NCBI GenBank assembly: GCA_964016885.1
Contig: OZ024741.1
Location: 172,918,001 to 172,982,000, forward strand
DNA from: Eledone cirrhosa
Taxonomy: Eukaryota
Reading direction: 5' to 3'
DNA length: 64,000 bases
The translations under genes were made by a program, and so were the position numbers. The notes under the pieces were generated by a model. It ran no database searches and was not told the origin of the DNA. It worked only from the letters and a program-made list of their open reading frames with translations. Below, one piece after another: positions 52,507 through 63,870 of the stretch. How positions within the stretch are numbered: the stretch's first letter is position 1; every line of letters starts with the position of its first letter.

Positions 52507-54742
52507 GGCAAGATCTCATACGGCTGTTTACAGAAACCATTAAAGGCACACAAGAACTGCCCAGATGGTTATCAACTGCCACTACTCTCCTCATTCCCCA
52601 AAATAGCCAAACCACCCTTGCTAAAAATTACTGCCCAATAGCCTGCCAAAAGATCATGTATAAATTATATACTGGGTGCCTTAACCTGTTTTTACAGGAT
52701 CACTGTGCTACCAACAACATCATAACACCTGAGCAAGCTGGTGGAAAGAGGAAGGTGTGGGGTTACATAGATCACCTACTAACTAATAAAATGATTCAGG
52801 AAAAAACAACAAAGAATCGCAGAAACATGACTGTGGTGTGGCTGGACTATCAAAAAGCATTTGATAGTGTACCTCATGGGTGGATTATTAAGGCTTTACA
52901 GTTAGCCAAAGTCCCACAACCATTGGTAGCTGCTGTTGAAGGCCTGACCAAGAACTGGTACACCAATTTGATCCTTAGAGGTGAGAAGGAGCAAGTTAAG
53001 ACTGATAAGATACATTACCAGAAGGGCATCTTTCAGGGTGATAGCTTGTCAGTGCTACTCTTCGTTCTCTCACTGAATCCACTATATTACCTACTCAGGA
53101 AACAAGGTGGGCAAAGAAGTGGGTCCAGAAGTATCTCCCATCTTTTCTTTGTTGATGACCTGAAGTTGTATGGGCCAAATATCAATGACATCAAGAAACA
53201 ATTGGACCTCATTACACAATTTTCAACAGACATCAAAATGAAATTTGGTGAGTCCAAGTGTGCATATTTAGCAGTAACACGTGGAAGAGCTGTGCCCTCC
53301 TCTAGAAATCTAGAGATGAACGGCCTGACAATACAACCTCTACAGTCAGGTGACAACTACAGATATCTTGGACTGGATGAGAATGTCAGATATGATGGAC
53401 CCATAAATAAGGAGAGAACCAGAACTAAATACCTCAGAAGAGTAAAGAAAATATGGTCATCAGAACTGTCAGCGTACAACAAATACATTGCCCACAATAC
53501 TTATGCTGGGCCAATTCTAACTCCAACATTTGGCCTGCTGAACTGGTCATTGCAAAATCTAAGTGAGATGGGTGTTAGAACTCGCAAAATTCTCAGTGTT
53601 ACTGGGAACTTTAACACCAATGGTGATGTGGATAGGCTATACTTCTCACGCAAGGAAGGTGGCCGGGGTCTAAAATCAATATTAACAACATATGAGACCC
53701 GGATAGTAACACTGAAGCAACACCTTCAACAGAGGAAAAAGATTGGCAACCATCTTGCCCACGTTTATGAGCATGGAAAAAAATATCATTAGAATAGCGA
53801 CTGATCTGGAGGAGAGATATGGAATAAAGCCTGATATAAATCTCTCACCCAGAGAAATCAATGTTCAAACAGGATGAAAAAATTGACCAATTTACAGAAA
53901 AAGTTGTGCATGGATATTTGAGGCGTAAAACACAGACCTTAGAGGGGATAAACCACTCAAAAAGCCTGGCTTGGAGTTCCGACAAGTTTATGACATCACA
54001 CCTTGAGTGATATCTCTATGCAATACAGGAACAAGAACTCCCTACCAAATATCTGCTGCACAAAAGAGGAGGGCCAGCAGCTGACAATAAATGTAGGCTA
54101 TGTAAAACAAAGATCGAGGATGTAAGCCACATTGTTGCCAGCTGCGAAAGAATGTCATCTCGCTACTACCTACCAATGAGACACGATGGGATAGCTAGAA
54201 CCATCTGGAACGCACTTCGGAAAACAAAATTAACAACAAACGAGGCAGAATATATTGAGACAGATGGCACTAAGGAATACTGGTGGAACCTGAAAATAAA
54301 AACTGCCACCAAATTAAAGCACAACCGGCCTGATATTGTTGTTTGGGACCACACATTGAAAACGTGTTCTGTTGTGGAGATCAGCTGCCCACTTGATGTA
54401 AACGTTGTCAGAAAAATACAGGAGAAGGAGGACATTTACGGACCATTGATGAGGAGTTTACAAATCCAGTATCCAAGAAACACCTTTAGCTTCATACCCA
54501 TCATTATTGGAGCTACGGGTTATACCAACCCGCTTGGACCAAAGTCCGACTGAACTTGGATTTGCGGACAAAAAGCGCACCTCCCTAATTCATAGTCTAC
54601 AAATGGCTGCGATAGCTGGCACCTTCAACATTTGCAAAACATTCTGTCGATTCAAGGGATGACAATTTCTTTTCTTTTACAACGTTGCCACCAGGAAGGT
54701 GGCCGGTCAAAAAAATATACTCGAAATTAAGAGAAAGAGATA
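52507..54742 (+). mobile_element. 5'-truncated, degraded R4/Dong-like non-LTR retrotransposon, copy 2, including the reverse transcriptase domain
   Basis: RT motifs NYCPIAC, EQAGG, WLDYQKAFDSVPH, GIFQGDSLS, HLFFVDDLKLY, KFGESKC, YRYLG. The 3' 1.25 kb is highly similar to copy 1 but has a 2-nt deletion (~53,780), a 14-nt deletion (~53,860), a GGA>TGA stop (~54,008) and a 2-nt deletion (~54,522). Flanked by (TACA)n on both sides. Confidence 0.95.
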
Positions 54743-54812
54743 ACATACATACATACATACATACATACATACATACATACATACATACATACATACATAC
54801 ATACATACATAC
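54743..54812. repeat. (ACAT)n tract 3' of retrotransposon copy 2
   Basis: Direct inspection. Confidence 0.98.
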
Positions 54813-54969
54813 TTGCATACAAATTAATTGCGTCTGTGGAGATAGGTAGCACAGATTCGTTGCTTGAATAGAAAGTGAAACAATATTGAAATAGGGAAGA
54901 TTTTACATTGTCAAAATCGGAAGAGCAACGGATCAAATGACTTTCTGTATCTAATTATGTCCCTTTAGT

Positions 54970-55112
54970 TTCTGGCTTCAAATCAGAGCGAGATCAATTT
55001 TGTCTTTCAAATTACTTGGGTCGATGAAATAAAGCACTAATGATGTACTGTGGTCAATATTATCACTGTTTCCTCTCAACAAATTATATTGTTCTATGTC
55101 TACATGTGTTAA
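54970..55112 (+). mobile_element. Old degenerate tRNA-derived SINE relic
   Basis: GGCTTCAAATC (B-box-like), TCAATTTTGTCTTTC, GGGTCGATGAAATAAAGCAC and GTACTGTGGTCAAT align by eye with the 58853-59145 SINE. Confidence 0.5.
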
Positions 55113-55418
55113 AAGAAATTACTTTTTTAAAAACAGTGAAAGAGAGAAGAAATATATATGTAGCATGAGGTCGAGATAACATGAAAAGATAGGTGATACC
55201 AATATATATATATAAGAGAATGATATTAATTAAAGAAGGAACAGATGAGTGAGGAAAAAGGGATGATAGAAAAAAAACACGAGAGAAAGAAGAAAAATAA
55301 ACGATGACGAGAAAGAAAATTTTATAGTATGTTTTCTGATGCCAATATTTTTTGTCCGTGGGGAAACCTTTGTTAGAGTTAATGAAAGTTTTGTCAAGAG
55401 CTGGTTTCCTTTATTTAG

Positions 55419-55487
55419 ACATTTTTTGTGGATGCGGTTTGCATTATTAATGTTCAGCTGTGCAAAGAACTGATATGTTTAGAGAAG
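55419..55487 (+). CDS. Weak candidate internal coding exon (69 nt, phase 0; TFFVDAVCIINVQLCKELICLEK)
   Basis: TTTCCTTTATTTAG acceptor, AAG|GTGAGC donor, length divisible by 3, only frame 0 open. No protein similarity recognised. Confidence 0.2.
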
Positions 55488-56236
55488 GTGAGCATAAAGT
55501 TAGTTACCTCTCCTATTCCATATGAATCATTAACATCTATGTGAAAATGATTCCCTTCATACATCAACTATTAACCATAAATTTCAGCAGATGGATTCCT
55601 TTCATCTATCAACAACGACCGTAAATTTTATTTGATGTTCAACGCGTATATTCAAAAAGCTGCTGCTATCGTCGTGATATTGTCCAAATCATATTAGCAT
55701 ACGACACGAAAATATTAGGTGTAGGCGAATCTCAAAACAAGAATCAATACAGTTATATAAAAATCAATAATGTTTGGCATACATACACACAAACTGTCGA
55801 TGCGCTGTTATTTAAGCCTGGGTCATCATGTACATTGTGGTGCATTGTCCATCGTAATGTTAATTCCTCGGCAACAATGTGCTAAAGACCTGGGTTTGGT
55901 CCCAGTTTTTAATTTATTGTGGGGCAGTCTTTCCCTGTTCTGCAAGATAAAAAGTGTATAAATTAATCAATATTCTAAAGGAGGAGGTTATAGGAAAGGA
56001 GGAGGTTATAGAACACTAGTTTGACAGCTTTATTTCCCTCTGAAGAAGAGATATTATCTCGAAAATTTAGGACATTTAAATAAATCTAAGGTAAAAGACT
56101 AATTGTCAACAATATCTTTTGCATTTGCATTCTTTATTCTATGTCCATACCTGCATTGTTTTGGCTTTACTATACATATACAAACGTTTATACAATATTC
56201 TAAAGTTTTTATATGAATGAATACTCGCTCTAAAAC

Positions 56237-56268
<32 letters not shown>

Positions 56269-56844
56269 TCTGAGTTTCAAATATCAATAATAATATTCGA
56301 TTCGTTTGCAATAATGCAAACACCCTCTTTTAAGCCATGTCAGTAGAATGAGACCGTCATTCTCTTTTGTTGGTTATATATATATATATATATATATATA
56401 AACGGAAAAAATGAAACGAAATTTCATTTCCCACTCTTAGTAGGGCTGTTACTTAAATATAAGTATGTACACGTACATACATATATGTATACAGACGTAC
56501 AGTAGTATGTATATATATATATACATACATGCACACATATATATATATGTACGTATGAATTCACCGAACATTTATTTAATGATCGGTGTGTTTGTAAACA
56601 AACATCCCGTATTAAGCCGTAGTGTCTAGCAACCATCGTTGCTCGTTTGTTCAACACTGACAAAGGAACGCTGTACTAGTTTCAAGCTTATTAGCTATCG
56701 TCAGCAACGTATACCTTCCTGTCAGATGATTGAACGTCTGAAAGTATATACTTTCCTTATGCATATTAACGGCTGAGCAGCCTAATTTGCATATCGAGTG
56801 GGTTAATCGGCCGGGTGCACCGAAAACGATAAACGGAAAAAAAA

Positions 56845-56879
<35 letters not shown>

Positions 56880-56880
56880 A

Positions 56881-57115
56881 ACAGAATGCTTTGGGGGTAT
56901 ACGTTCTGGCTCTCTGCGTTCTGAGTTCGAGTCCCGCCAAGGTCAACTTTGCCTTTCGATGTTGATAAAAAGTACCAGTCTAGAACTGGGATTGATTCTT
57001 CTTTTATATCTCTTTCTCACTTCCTCTCTTTAACTTTCTGTCTTTCTCTGGATGAAGGAGGAAATGGGCTCTGCCAGGTTTTAAAAAGGCCCAAGAAACG
57101 CCATGTTACTACAAC
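56881..57115 (+). mobile_element. 5'-truncated tRNA-derived SINE (family A)
   Basis: B box GAGTTCGAGTCCCGCC followed by GTCAACTTTGCCTTT..GATAAAAAGTACCAGTCTAGAACTGGG; 3' part shared with 58853-59145. Confidence 0.8.
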
Positions 57116-57915
57116 GCCCCCACGACTCCATCAGGAACATAAAGAATTTAATTCCTTAACAGATTAATATACACCGAACTCTCCATTATGTATTGAGTTC
57201 TTTCTTTGAGTTATAGTCTTCTTCTTGGACTATGAATTAACAACATATATGCATACATAAATATATATTGCCGACTAAGTTAACAAAGAAAACAATGTAA
57301 AGTGTAGTTATAACCCCCAAGACTCTCCAAATTGAAGCCAAAATGCAATGATAACAACACTGAACAATTGTTCAATAGTTTAGCCTAGAGGAAATTAACA
57401 GAAAATGAAATAAATAAATATTTTCGGACGCTAATCCTTGAAATGGCGATAATGGAAACAAAGCAAAGCGAAGTTGACAGCAAGTTGGCTAGGTCAAGTG
57501 AAGAAGACAGAATAGCCAGCATTCTGGGCAGGAATAGTATGGAGGTGAAGATGAATGGATATAGATATAAAAGGGAACATAGATTGAGGGAGAAAGGTAT
57601 AGAGTGAAAGAATTAGAGAAAAGAGAGAAAATGATATATATATATAGGGAGGGAGAGAGAGAGAGAAAGAGAAAGGGGAGGGGAGAGAGAGAAAGAGAGA
57701 GGGGGAGAGAAGAGAGAGAGAGATCGACAAATAGGGAGCAGGTGGTATTAACATGTAAATATTTGCATCTATATATTGAAGTCAGGCCTGCGTTGGCTAA
57801 TGGCAAATATTTATGTACGTATGTTCATAAATAAACACCCTCACACACACTTATATATATGCATATATATATGTGTGTGTGTGTGTGTGTACGTAATATA
57901 TATATATAAATATAT

Positions 57916-58128
57916 CGACGGTCCATCGACGTTCGTCAAATCGGACCGAGGAAACAATGTTTCCGTTGGTCTTTCCAATTGCTAATACTATCTATCGGTC
58001 GCAACTCCAGGTAGGAGTAACATGAAATAAAGTGTCTTGTCGAAGGACATAACACATCACCCGGTCCCGGAATCGAACGCACGCCTCATGATTGCGAATC
58101 CAATTCTCTAACCACTCAGCCACGCGCC
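57916..58128 (-). mobile_element. tRNA-derived CORE-like SINE (family B)
   Basis: Minus strand: A box TGGCTGAGTGG, B box CGTTCGATTCC, CORE-like TGTCCTTCGACAAGACACTTTATTTCA; close second copy at 61232-61450. Confidence 0.85.
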
Positions 58129-58135
58129 ATATATA

Positions 58136-58450
58136 CGAGGGCAATCCCAAAAGTAAGGTCTCCTTCCGATATTGCAACTTTTCCGTTAAAATCCTGTGGA
58201 TGGTGCTTCGGGAAACCTCAGGAACCAAAGTGCAGAGAGCATCCAGAGTGATCCACCGATCTTTACGCATGTTTTCCTCGGAAGGAGACCTTACTTTGGG
58301 GATTGCCAAGATTGAGCATCCCAGCGAAGCGCGCGCATGCTTGTTTGGGAGTGCAGGAAGCACCAATCACAACAGTGTTGCCAACAGTCGTACGAACAGT
58401 TTCTCTGCGTCCCCATCGCTTTGGAGACCTTACTTTTTTGATTACCCTCG
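58136..58450 (-). mobile_element. Internally deleted mariner-type element (MITE), 28-bp TIRs, TA target duplication
   Basis: Left TIR CGAGGGCAATCCCAAAAGTAAGGTCTCC (58136-58163) vs reverse complement of right TIR CGAGGGTAATCAAAAAAGTAAGGTCTCC (58423-58450), 25/28 match; TA on both sides. Internal minus-strand peptide RWITLDALCTLVPEVSRSTIHRILTEKLQYRK resembles the mariner transposase HTH region. Confidence 0.9.
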
Positions 58451-58852
58451 TATATATGTCCTCAGATATGTGTTAATTTAACTTAATAACAAATGTTTAG
58501 ATAATCCAATATGGAGAAAGCAAGCTTTGCTAAACATCAATTTTTGTACATATTATAAAGATCCTTTACATATATATATATATCAGGTGCGCTTGTCAAA
58601 CCCTTTTTTCATCATTCTCCTTTAATATATATATATATAGTACAGTTGACGATGATAGACCCTGGGAAAACTGGAGCTAAATCGACACGCAGACAGATCC
58701 CCATTTCATTGGCTATTTGCTGGGGATTATGATGATTTCGAGGACAAGCTCATTCACCCAAGTGCCTCATGGATTGCAATGATACATGTCGAAACGGTAA
58801 AATGCGGTAAAATAGATACGATGAATCTTTTCGACTATACATATATACATAC

Positions 58853-59145
58853 AAAGGCGGTGAATTGTCAGAGTCGTTATAACGTCGGATAGAATGCTTT
58901 GCGGTATTCGTTTCGGTTCTCTGCTCTCTGAGTTCAAATCCCGCCGAGGCTAACTTTGCCTTTATCCATTCAAGGTCGATAAAAAAAGTACCAGTCTAGT
59001 ACTGGGGTCGATTCTTCGACTGTGGCTCTTTCTCACTTCCATTTACCCACTCTCTACCGTTCTCTGGAAGAATTCTGCTGGAAATAAGATGGGTTCTGCC
59101 AGGTTTAAAAGAAAAATGCCCTCGAAAAGCGCCTACGACTACCTC
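58853..59145 (+). mobile_element. Near full-length tRNA-derived SINE (family A)
   Basis: GGCGGTGAATTGTCAGAGTCGTTA head, B box GAGTTCAAATCCCGCC, central CTTTGCCTTTATCCATTCAAGGTCGATAAAA..GTACCAGT; followed by (TCCA)n(TACA)n. Confidence 0.85.
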
Positions 59146-59290
59146 AGGAGTTACGAGTCTATCCATCCATCCATCCATACATACATACATACATACATAC
59201 ATAATTACATATAAATAGATATACGTGCATGTATGTGTGTGTGTGTGTACGTGTGTGTGTGTGTACACGTCATTTCTTTTGACTCTACAG

Positions 59291-59332
59291 GAATTTGAAG
59301 AAGACATAGCACCACATGGCGAGAAGAAGTAG
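59291..59332 (+). CDS. Weak candidate terminal coding exon (EFEEDIAPHGEKK*)
   Basis: Acceptor CATTTCTTTTGACTCTACAG| followed by a purine-rich phase-0 frame ending in TAG. No homolog recognised. Confidence 0.2.
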   Translation, partial: EFEEDIAPHGEKK

Positions 59333-60469
59333 GGGAAAAGGAAGAGAGGAAAGTGGGAACCATTTCAATCAAATGAAAATACCATTATTGTTATAAAACT
59401 ACTCAGAACGCAAAGGAAAATGTAAACAAGCCATGTCAAAATAATAAAGAAAACTAATTAGGCGATCAAAACCGCATAAGGAAAACAATGCGGAATGTTA
59501 TACTTGTAAAGGGTGAAACGGAAATGACAACTTTATGAATTTAACGCTACGTTATCTCAGCGTGAGCAGGAAGTGAATGACGAAAGAGAAAAAAAACGCC
59601 ATTATTGTCATGCAAATTTTTTTTTCTTGGACATCGTACACGAAAATGAAAAGATATGTAAATTGCTTGAATAAATTTTCTCCAATACCCGAAGACAAAC
59701 ATGCAAAGCACCCTGGGATTCTTTTATGGCGTCCGATATAATAATAAGCTAGTGTTTATTCCAAAATTGAAAAAATATTTCTCTTAATAGATCCAAATGG
59801 ATTAAGTCAACCATAAACTCCATTATGTTATATAGAAAGTACTCTCTAGAAGGTTCCAGAGTGTTATACCACTCAATGCTTCTCATTTGTGTTTTCGGCT
59901 ATTGTATGTTTCTTTCCTTTCTGCATACTTTCATTCTTTTTGTTTTTTCTTTCTTTTTCTTTCTTGCTTTGTTATTATCTTTCCTGCCATTCGCCCAAGA
60001 CATTTTTATTTTGTCCTATTTCTTCTTTTTGTTTCTGTTCTTGTTAATTTTCTTTCTTTCTTCATTTTATCCACATATTCGCCAGACATCCTATATCCTC
60101 TTCATGGCAGATGAAGCTTGAATAGCTAATATGCCCATAGCAGAAGACTTATCGGAATAGAGATATGTCATATATTATGTTTATATATGTATATATGTGA
60201 ATATATGTATCTGTGTGTGACAGTGTTCGCGTGAGTGTTTATATATGTGTATGTGTATATGTTTGTATATGTATGTGTATTTAGGCACAGACGCGCGCAC
60301 AATTACACACACACACACATACACACATACATACATACATGTGTGTGTGTAAGTGTGTGTGTGTGTGTGTGTCAGTATGTTTACTTATACATATTTACAT
60401 ATACATTTCTCGCAGATTCATTTATAAACTTCTAATGTTTGTACAGATAAGAATATATAATATATAAGT

Positions 60470-60892
<423 letters not shown>

Positions 60893-61231
60893 GCAAGACG
60901 ACAAATGACACCAAAAAAATGTAAGAAAGCCACTTTGTACAGATAATCCTGGATATGTTGTTATTAAACAGATAAAGAAGAAAGAGGTTTAAGAAATTAA
61001 AATTAAAACAATCTTAATAAGTATTAGAAAAATTAAAGATGTTATGAAGGAATTAGATTGAAAAGAAAGTAAGAGAGGTGAAAGATTAAAACATATAGAG
61101 CGATGTTGGGAAACAACTAATAGAATTGAGGTGGGGAAAAGAGGGTGAATGTAACGAGAGGCGGATAAGAGATATGGCGTCCTGGCAAAGAAAGGAGCGT
61201 GGTGTGAAATACCTTAGGTCAGGAAATAATT

Positions 61232-61450
61232 TGTCGATCGACTTTCGTCAAATCGGACCGAGGAAACAATGTTTCCGTTGGTCTTTTCAATTGCTAATAC
61301 TATCTATCGGTCGCAAATCGAAGTAGAAGGAGCAACGTGAAATAAAGTGTCTTGCTCAAGGACATAACGCATCGCCCGGTCCAGGAATCGAACCGACAAC
61401 CTCACGATTACGAATCCAGTTCTCTAACCAATCAGCCACATGCCTTCACA
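61232..61450 (-). mobile_element. tRNA-derived CORE-like SINE (family B), second copy
   Basis: Minus strand: TGGCTGATTGG A box, GGTTCGATTCC B box, TGTCCTTGAGCAAGACACTTTATTTCAC CORE-like segment; 3' part nearly identical to 57932-58005. Confidence 0.88.
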
Positions 61451-61574
61451 TGGGTCAGGAAAAGAGGGTAAAATATAATAGGAAAGAGAAATTGTTGCTT
61501 AGAAAAACATTTCACACCCAAATTTGGAAGATTAGAACATTCGTGTCTGTCGGTCAGTCATAATGTTTAGGCAA

Positions 61575-62025
61575 ACATACATACATATATGATGGCTGCC
61601 CCCTCGATATTGCACGAAAAAATAAAATAGAATTTAAAAAATAAAAAATAAAAAACAAACATATACATTGATAATTAACGATGCTGCGATCGGATTTGGC
61701 TTTTTAGCTCAGCCAATGATCTAAAATATCTTGCACAGAGTTGGCAACCATGATAAAAACATTCACTGGCAATAGCCGGCTATGGTAGGATTTCATGTAC
61801 TTTTGCATGTTGTTTGAGCCCTCCTGCTGATCTACACTCTCTTCCACATGCTTGACAGGTATGATGAGTAGCATCTCTGACAGGAGCCTGGTAGTCAACC
61901 ACTGGTCTCACTTTATGACTGCCAAGATGACTTTTGAGTACAGCTTTGCTGAGGCAGAGTCTTGCATAGACGCTGCATGTCAGCTCCATAGGAGGACCTT
62001 TGCTGTCTGGAAATGCAACAGCATT
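61575..62025 (-). mobile_element. 3' end of an RTE-like LINE: three degenerate C2H2 fingers, 3' UTR and (ATGT)n tail
   Basis: One minus frame: CSVYARLCLSKAVLKSHLGSH, CQACGRECRSAGGLKQHAKVH, an in-frame TAG at 61782-61780, then CQLCARYFRSLAELKSQIRSQHR*. Ends CGAGGGGGCAGCCATCATATATGTATGT. Clade assignment is from recalled RTE C-terminal fingers. Confidence 0.65.
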
Positions 62026-62597
62026 TACATACATACATGGTGGCTGCCAACTCGTTTTCGAGTACGGCCACTACTTTATATCCATGTAGGAGAACCCCTA
62101 CCGATGCGCTGAACGAGTGTGACTTTTTAGTCCAGTCAGCGACTTGAAAACTCTGGTACAAACACTACACTTGTGACAATTATTGACACATAGTGCTGGG
62201 CCCATGGTACCATGTGACGACAAGTGCAGAGAGATCTCCAGATATAAGTAATGCCTGTGACGTGAAGCTTTTATAGTGAGCAAAGGCACTGCACAAAGCC
62301 AGTCCCACTCTCTTAACCAAGATGATATTTACCAAAAAGAAGAACAAGTCAACATCATTGGATACCATCAGAGTTACAGGTGTTATATCAGAGTTTTCCT
62401 TCTCCTAGAATTCTGCCTTGACAAAGGCTAAGGGGTCATCTCTCCCGGTGATTTTGGATGGCCATTGACTCTTAAGAGCTCCATTGCCCTTTGACAGGAT
62501 TTGTTTTTAGTCCTGCAGGATGTCCAAAGTCACCCTCCTCACCAAGAAACCTTGGTTGGGTTGCCAGTTTAGTCGCCAACGACCAGACCATGGACAG
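62026..62597 (-). mobile_element. Bipartite non-autonomous RTE-derived element (5'-UTR-like part fused to last zinc finger and 3' tail)
   Basis: Minus strand has TCTAGGAGAAGGAAAACTCTGA (recalled RTE 5'-region motif), the CSVCTRVFKSLTGLKSHTRSAHR* finger, a CTCG-AAAA-CGAG stem-loop and a GGCAGCCACC-(ATGT)n tail; no endonuclease or RT in between. Confidence 0.7.
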
Positions 62598-62890
62598 GTT
62601 GCCCCCTCGTTATCGAGTATGGCCATTGCACGATATACGGTTATTAATAATTATTAATTAATTCTATCCTGCAATGCCTGTGCGTGAAGATATTTTTTAA
62701 AGTGAGGAAAGACTGTGCACTGAGCCAATCCCACTCTCTGAGCGACAGTAGCTATAACCCGAAAAGAAGAAAAGATCAACATCATCGGTAACTACTGAGC
62801 CGCAGGTTTTATATCGGAGTTATCCCAGTTTCCTGAGTTGCCTTCTCCTAGAAGAATACCCTGACAAAGGCTAGGGGTCCTTCACTCCCA
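62598..62890 (-). mobile_element. Diverged, shorter bipartite RTE-derived element
   Basis: 62670-62880 aligns with 62250-62437; 3' end has GGCCATACTCG-ATAA-CGAGGGGGCAACC; lacks the zinc-finger segment. Confidence 0.65.
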
Positions 62891-63020
62891 CTGGTTTAAC
62901 CGCGCGATCGGGTGTCCAGCCCGACTATTTCTATGTCCCCGCGCATATACCTACACATGCACCCATGTATATACACATATACATATACATATGTACATGT
63001 GCATATACATATTTACACAC

Positions 63021-63115
63021 TTTTGGATGGCCGTTGACTCTTATGAGTTCTTCCGCCCTTTTTCAGGTTATGTTTTTTGTCCTGCACGGTGTCCAAAATC
63101 ACCCTCCTCACCAAG
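63021..63115 (-). mobile_element. Fragment of the same RTE-derived 5' region
   Basis: TTTTGGATGGCCGTTGACTCTTA..TCACCCTCCTCACCAAG matches 62452-62546. Confidence 0.75.
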
Positions 63116-63420
63116 TAAAGATACATATATACATACATACATACACGCATACATACATGTAAAACATTCCAAAAATGTTGCATCTAATAACTGCATATAC
63201 ACATGTAGATACAAAGCGTATACACATGCACACATACAACTCAAAACATATACATCCACACATACAATAACATCCATACCTACATATGCATGCATGCAGA
63301 CACGCATACATATCTACCTAGTTGATGTTGTGTAAATTCCAATGAGAGAGTCTTGTGTCTATGTTAGAAACCGACTCTCTCTCTATTGGTAAAACTTTGT
63401 GAAATTATAAAACCAGAAGA

Positions 63421-63804
63421 ACATACATACATACACACATACATACATACATACATGGTGGCTGCCAACTCGTTTTCGAGTACGGCCACTACTTTACATC
63501 CATGTAGGATAACCCCTACCGAAGCGCTGAACGAGTGTGACTTTTTAGTCCAGCCAGCGACTTGAAACCTCTGGTACAAACACTACACCTGTGACAATCA
63601 TTGACACATAGTGCTAGGCCCATGGTAGGACAATTATTGACACATAGTGCTGGGCCCATGTGAGGACAAGTGCAGAGAGATCTCCAGATATAAAGCAATG
63701 CCTGTGCCGTGAAGCTTTTATAGTGAGCAAAGGCACTGCACAAAGCCAGTCCCACTCTCTTAACCAAGATGCTATTTACCAAAAAGAAGAACAAGTCAAC
63801 ATCA
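63421..63804 (-). mobile_element. 5'-truncated copy of the bipartite RTE-derived element, embedded in (TACA)n
   Basis: 63457-63804 is closely similar to 62039-62358; contains a ~36-bp internal tandem duplication (63593-63660); (ACAT)n on both sides. Confidence 0.85.
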
Positions 63805-63870
63805 TACATACATACATACATACATACATACATACATACATACATACATACATACATACATACATACATA
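63805..63870. repeat. (TACA)n tract
   Basis: Direct inspection. Confidence 0.98.

Noticed and set aside
55977-56011. 18-bp-period tandem duplication AAAGGAGGAGGTTATAG (Shine-Dalgarno-like)
   Set aside because: Simple local slippage duplication; no associated ORF.
58643-58835. Possible hammerhead ribozyme or Penelope terminal repeat (TGATGA..GAAAC)
   Set aside because: No CUGANGA core with supporting stems could be found.
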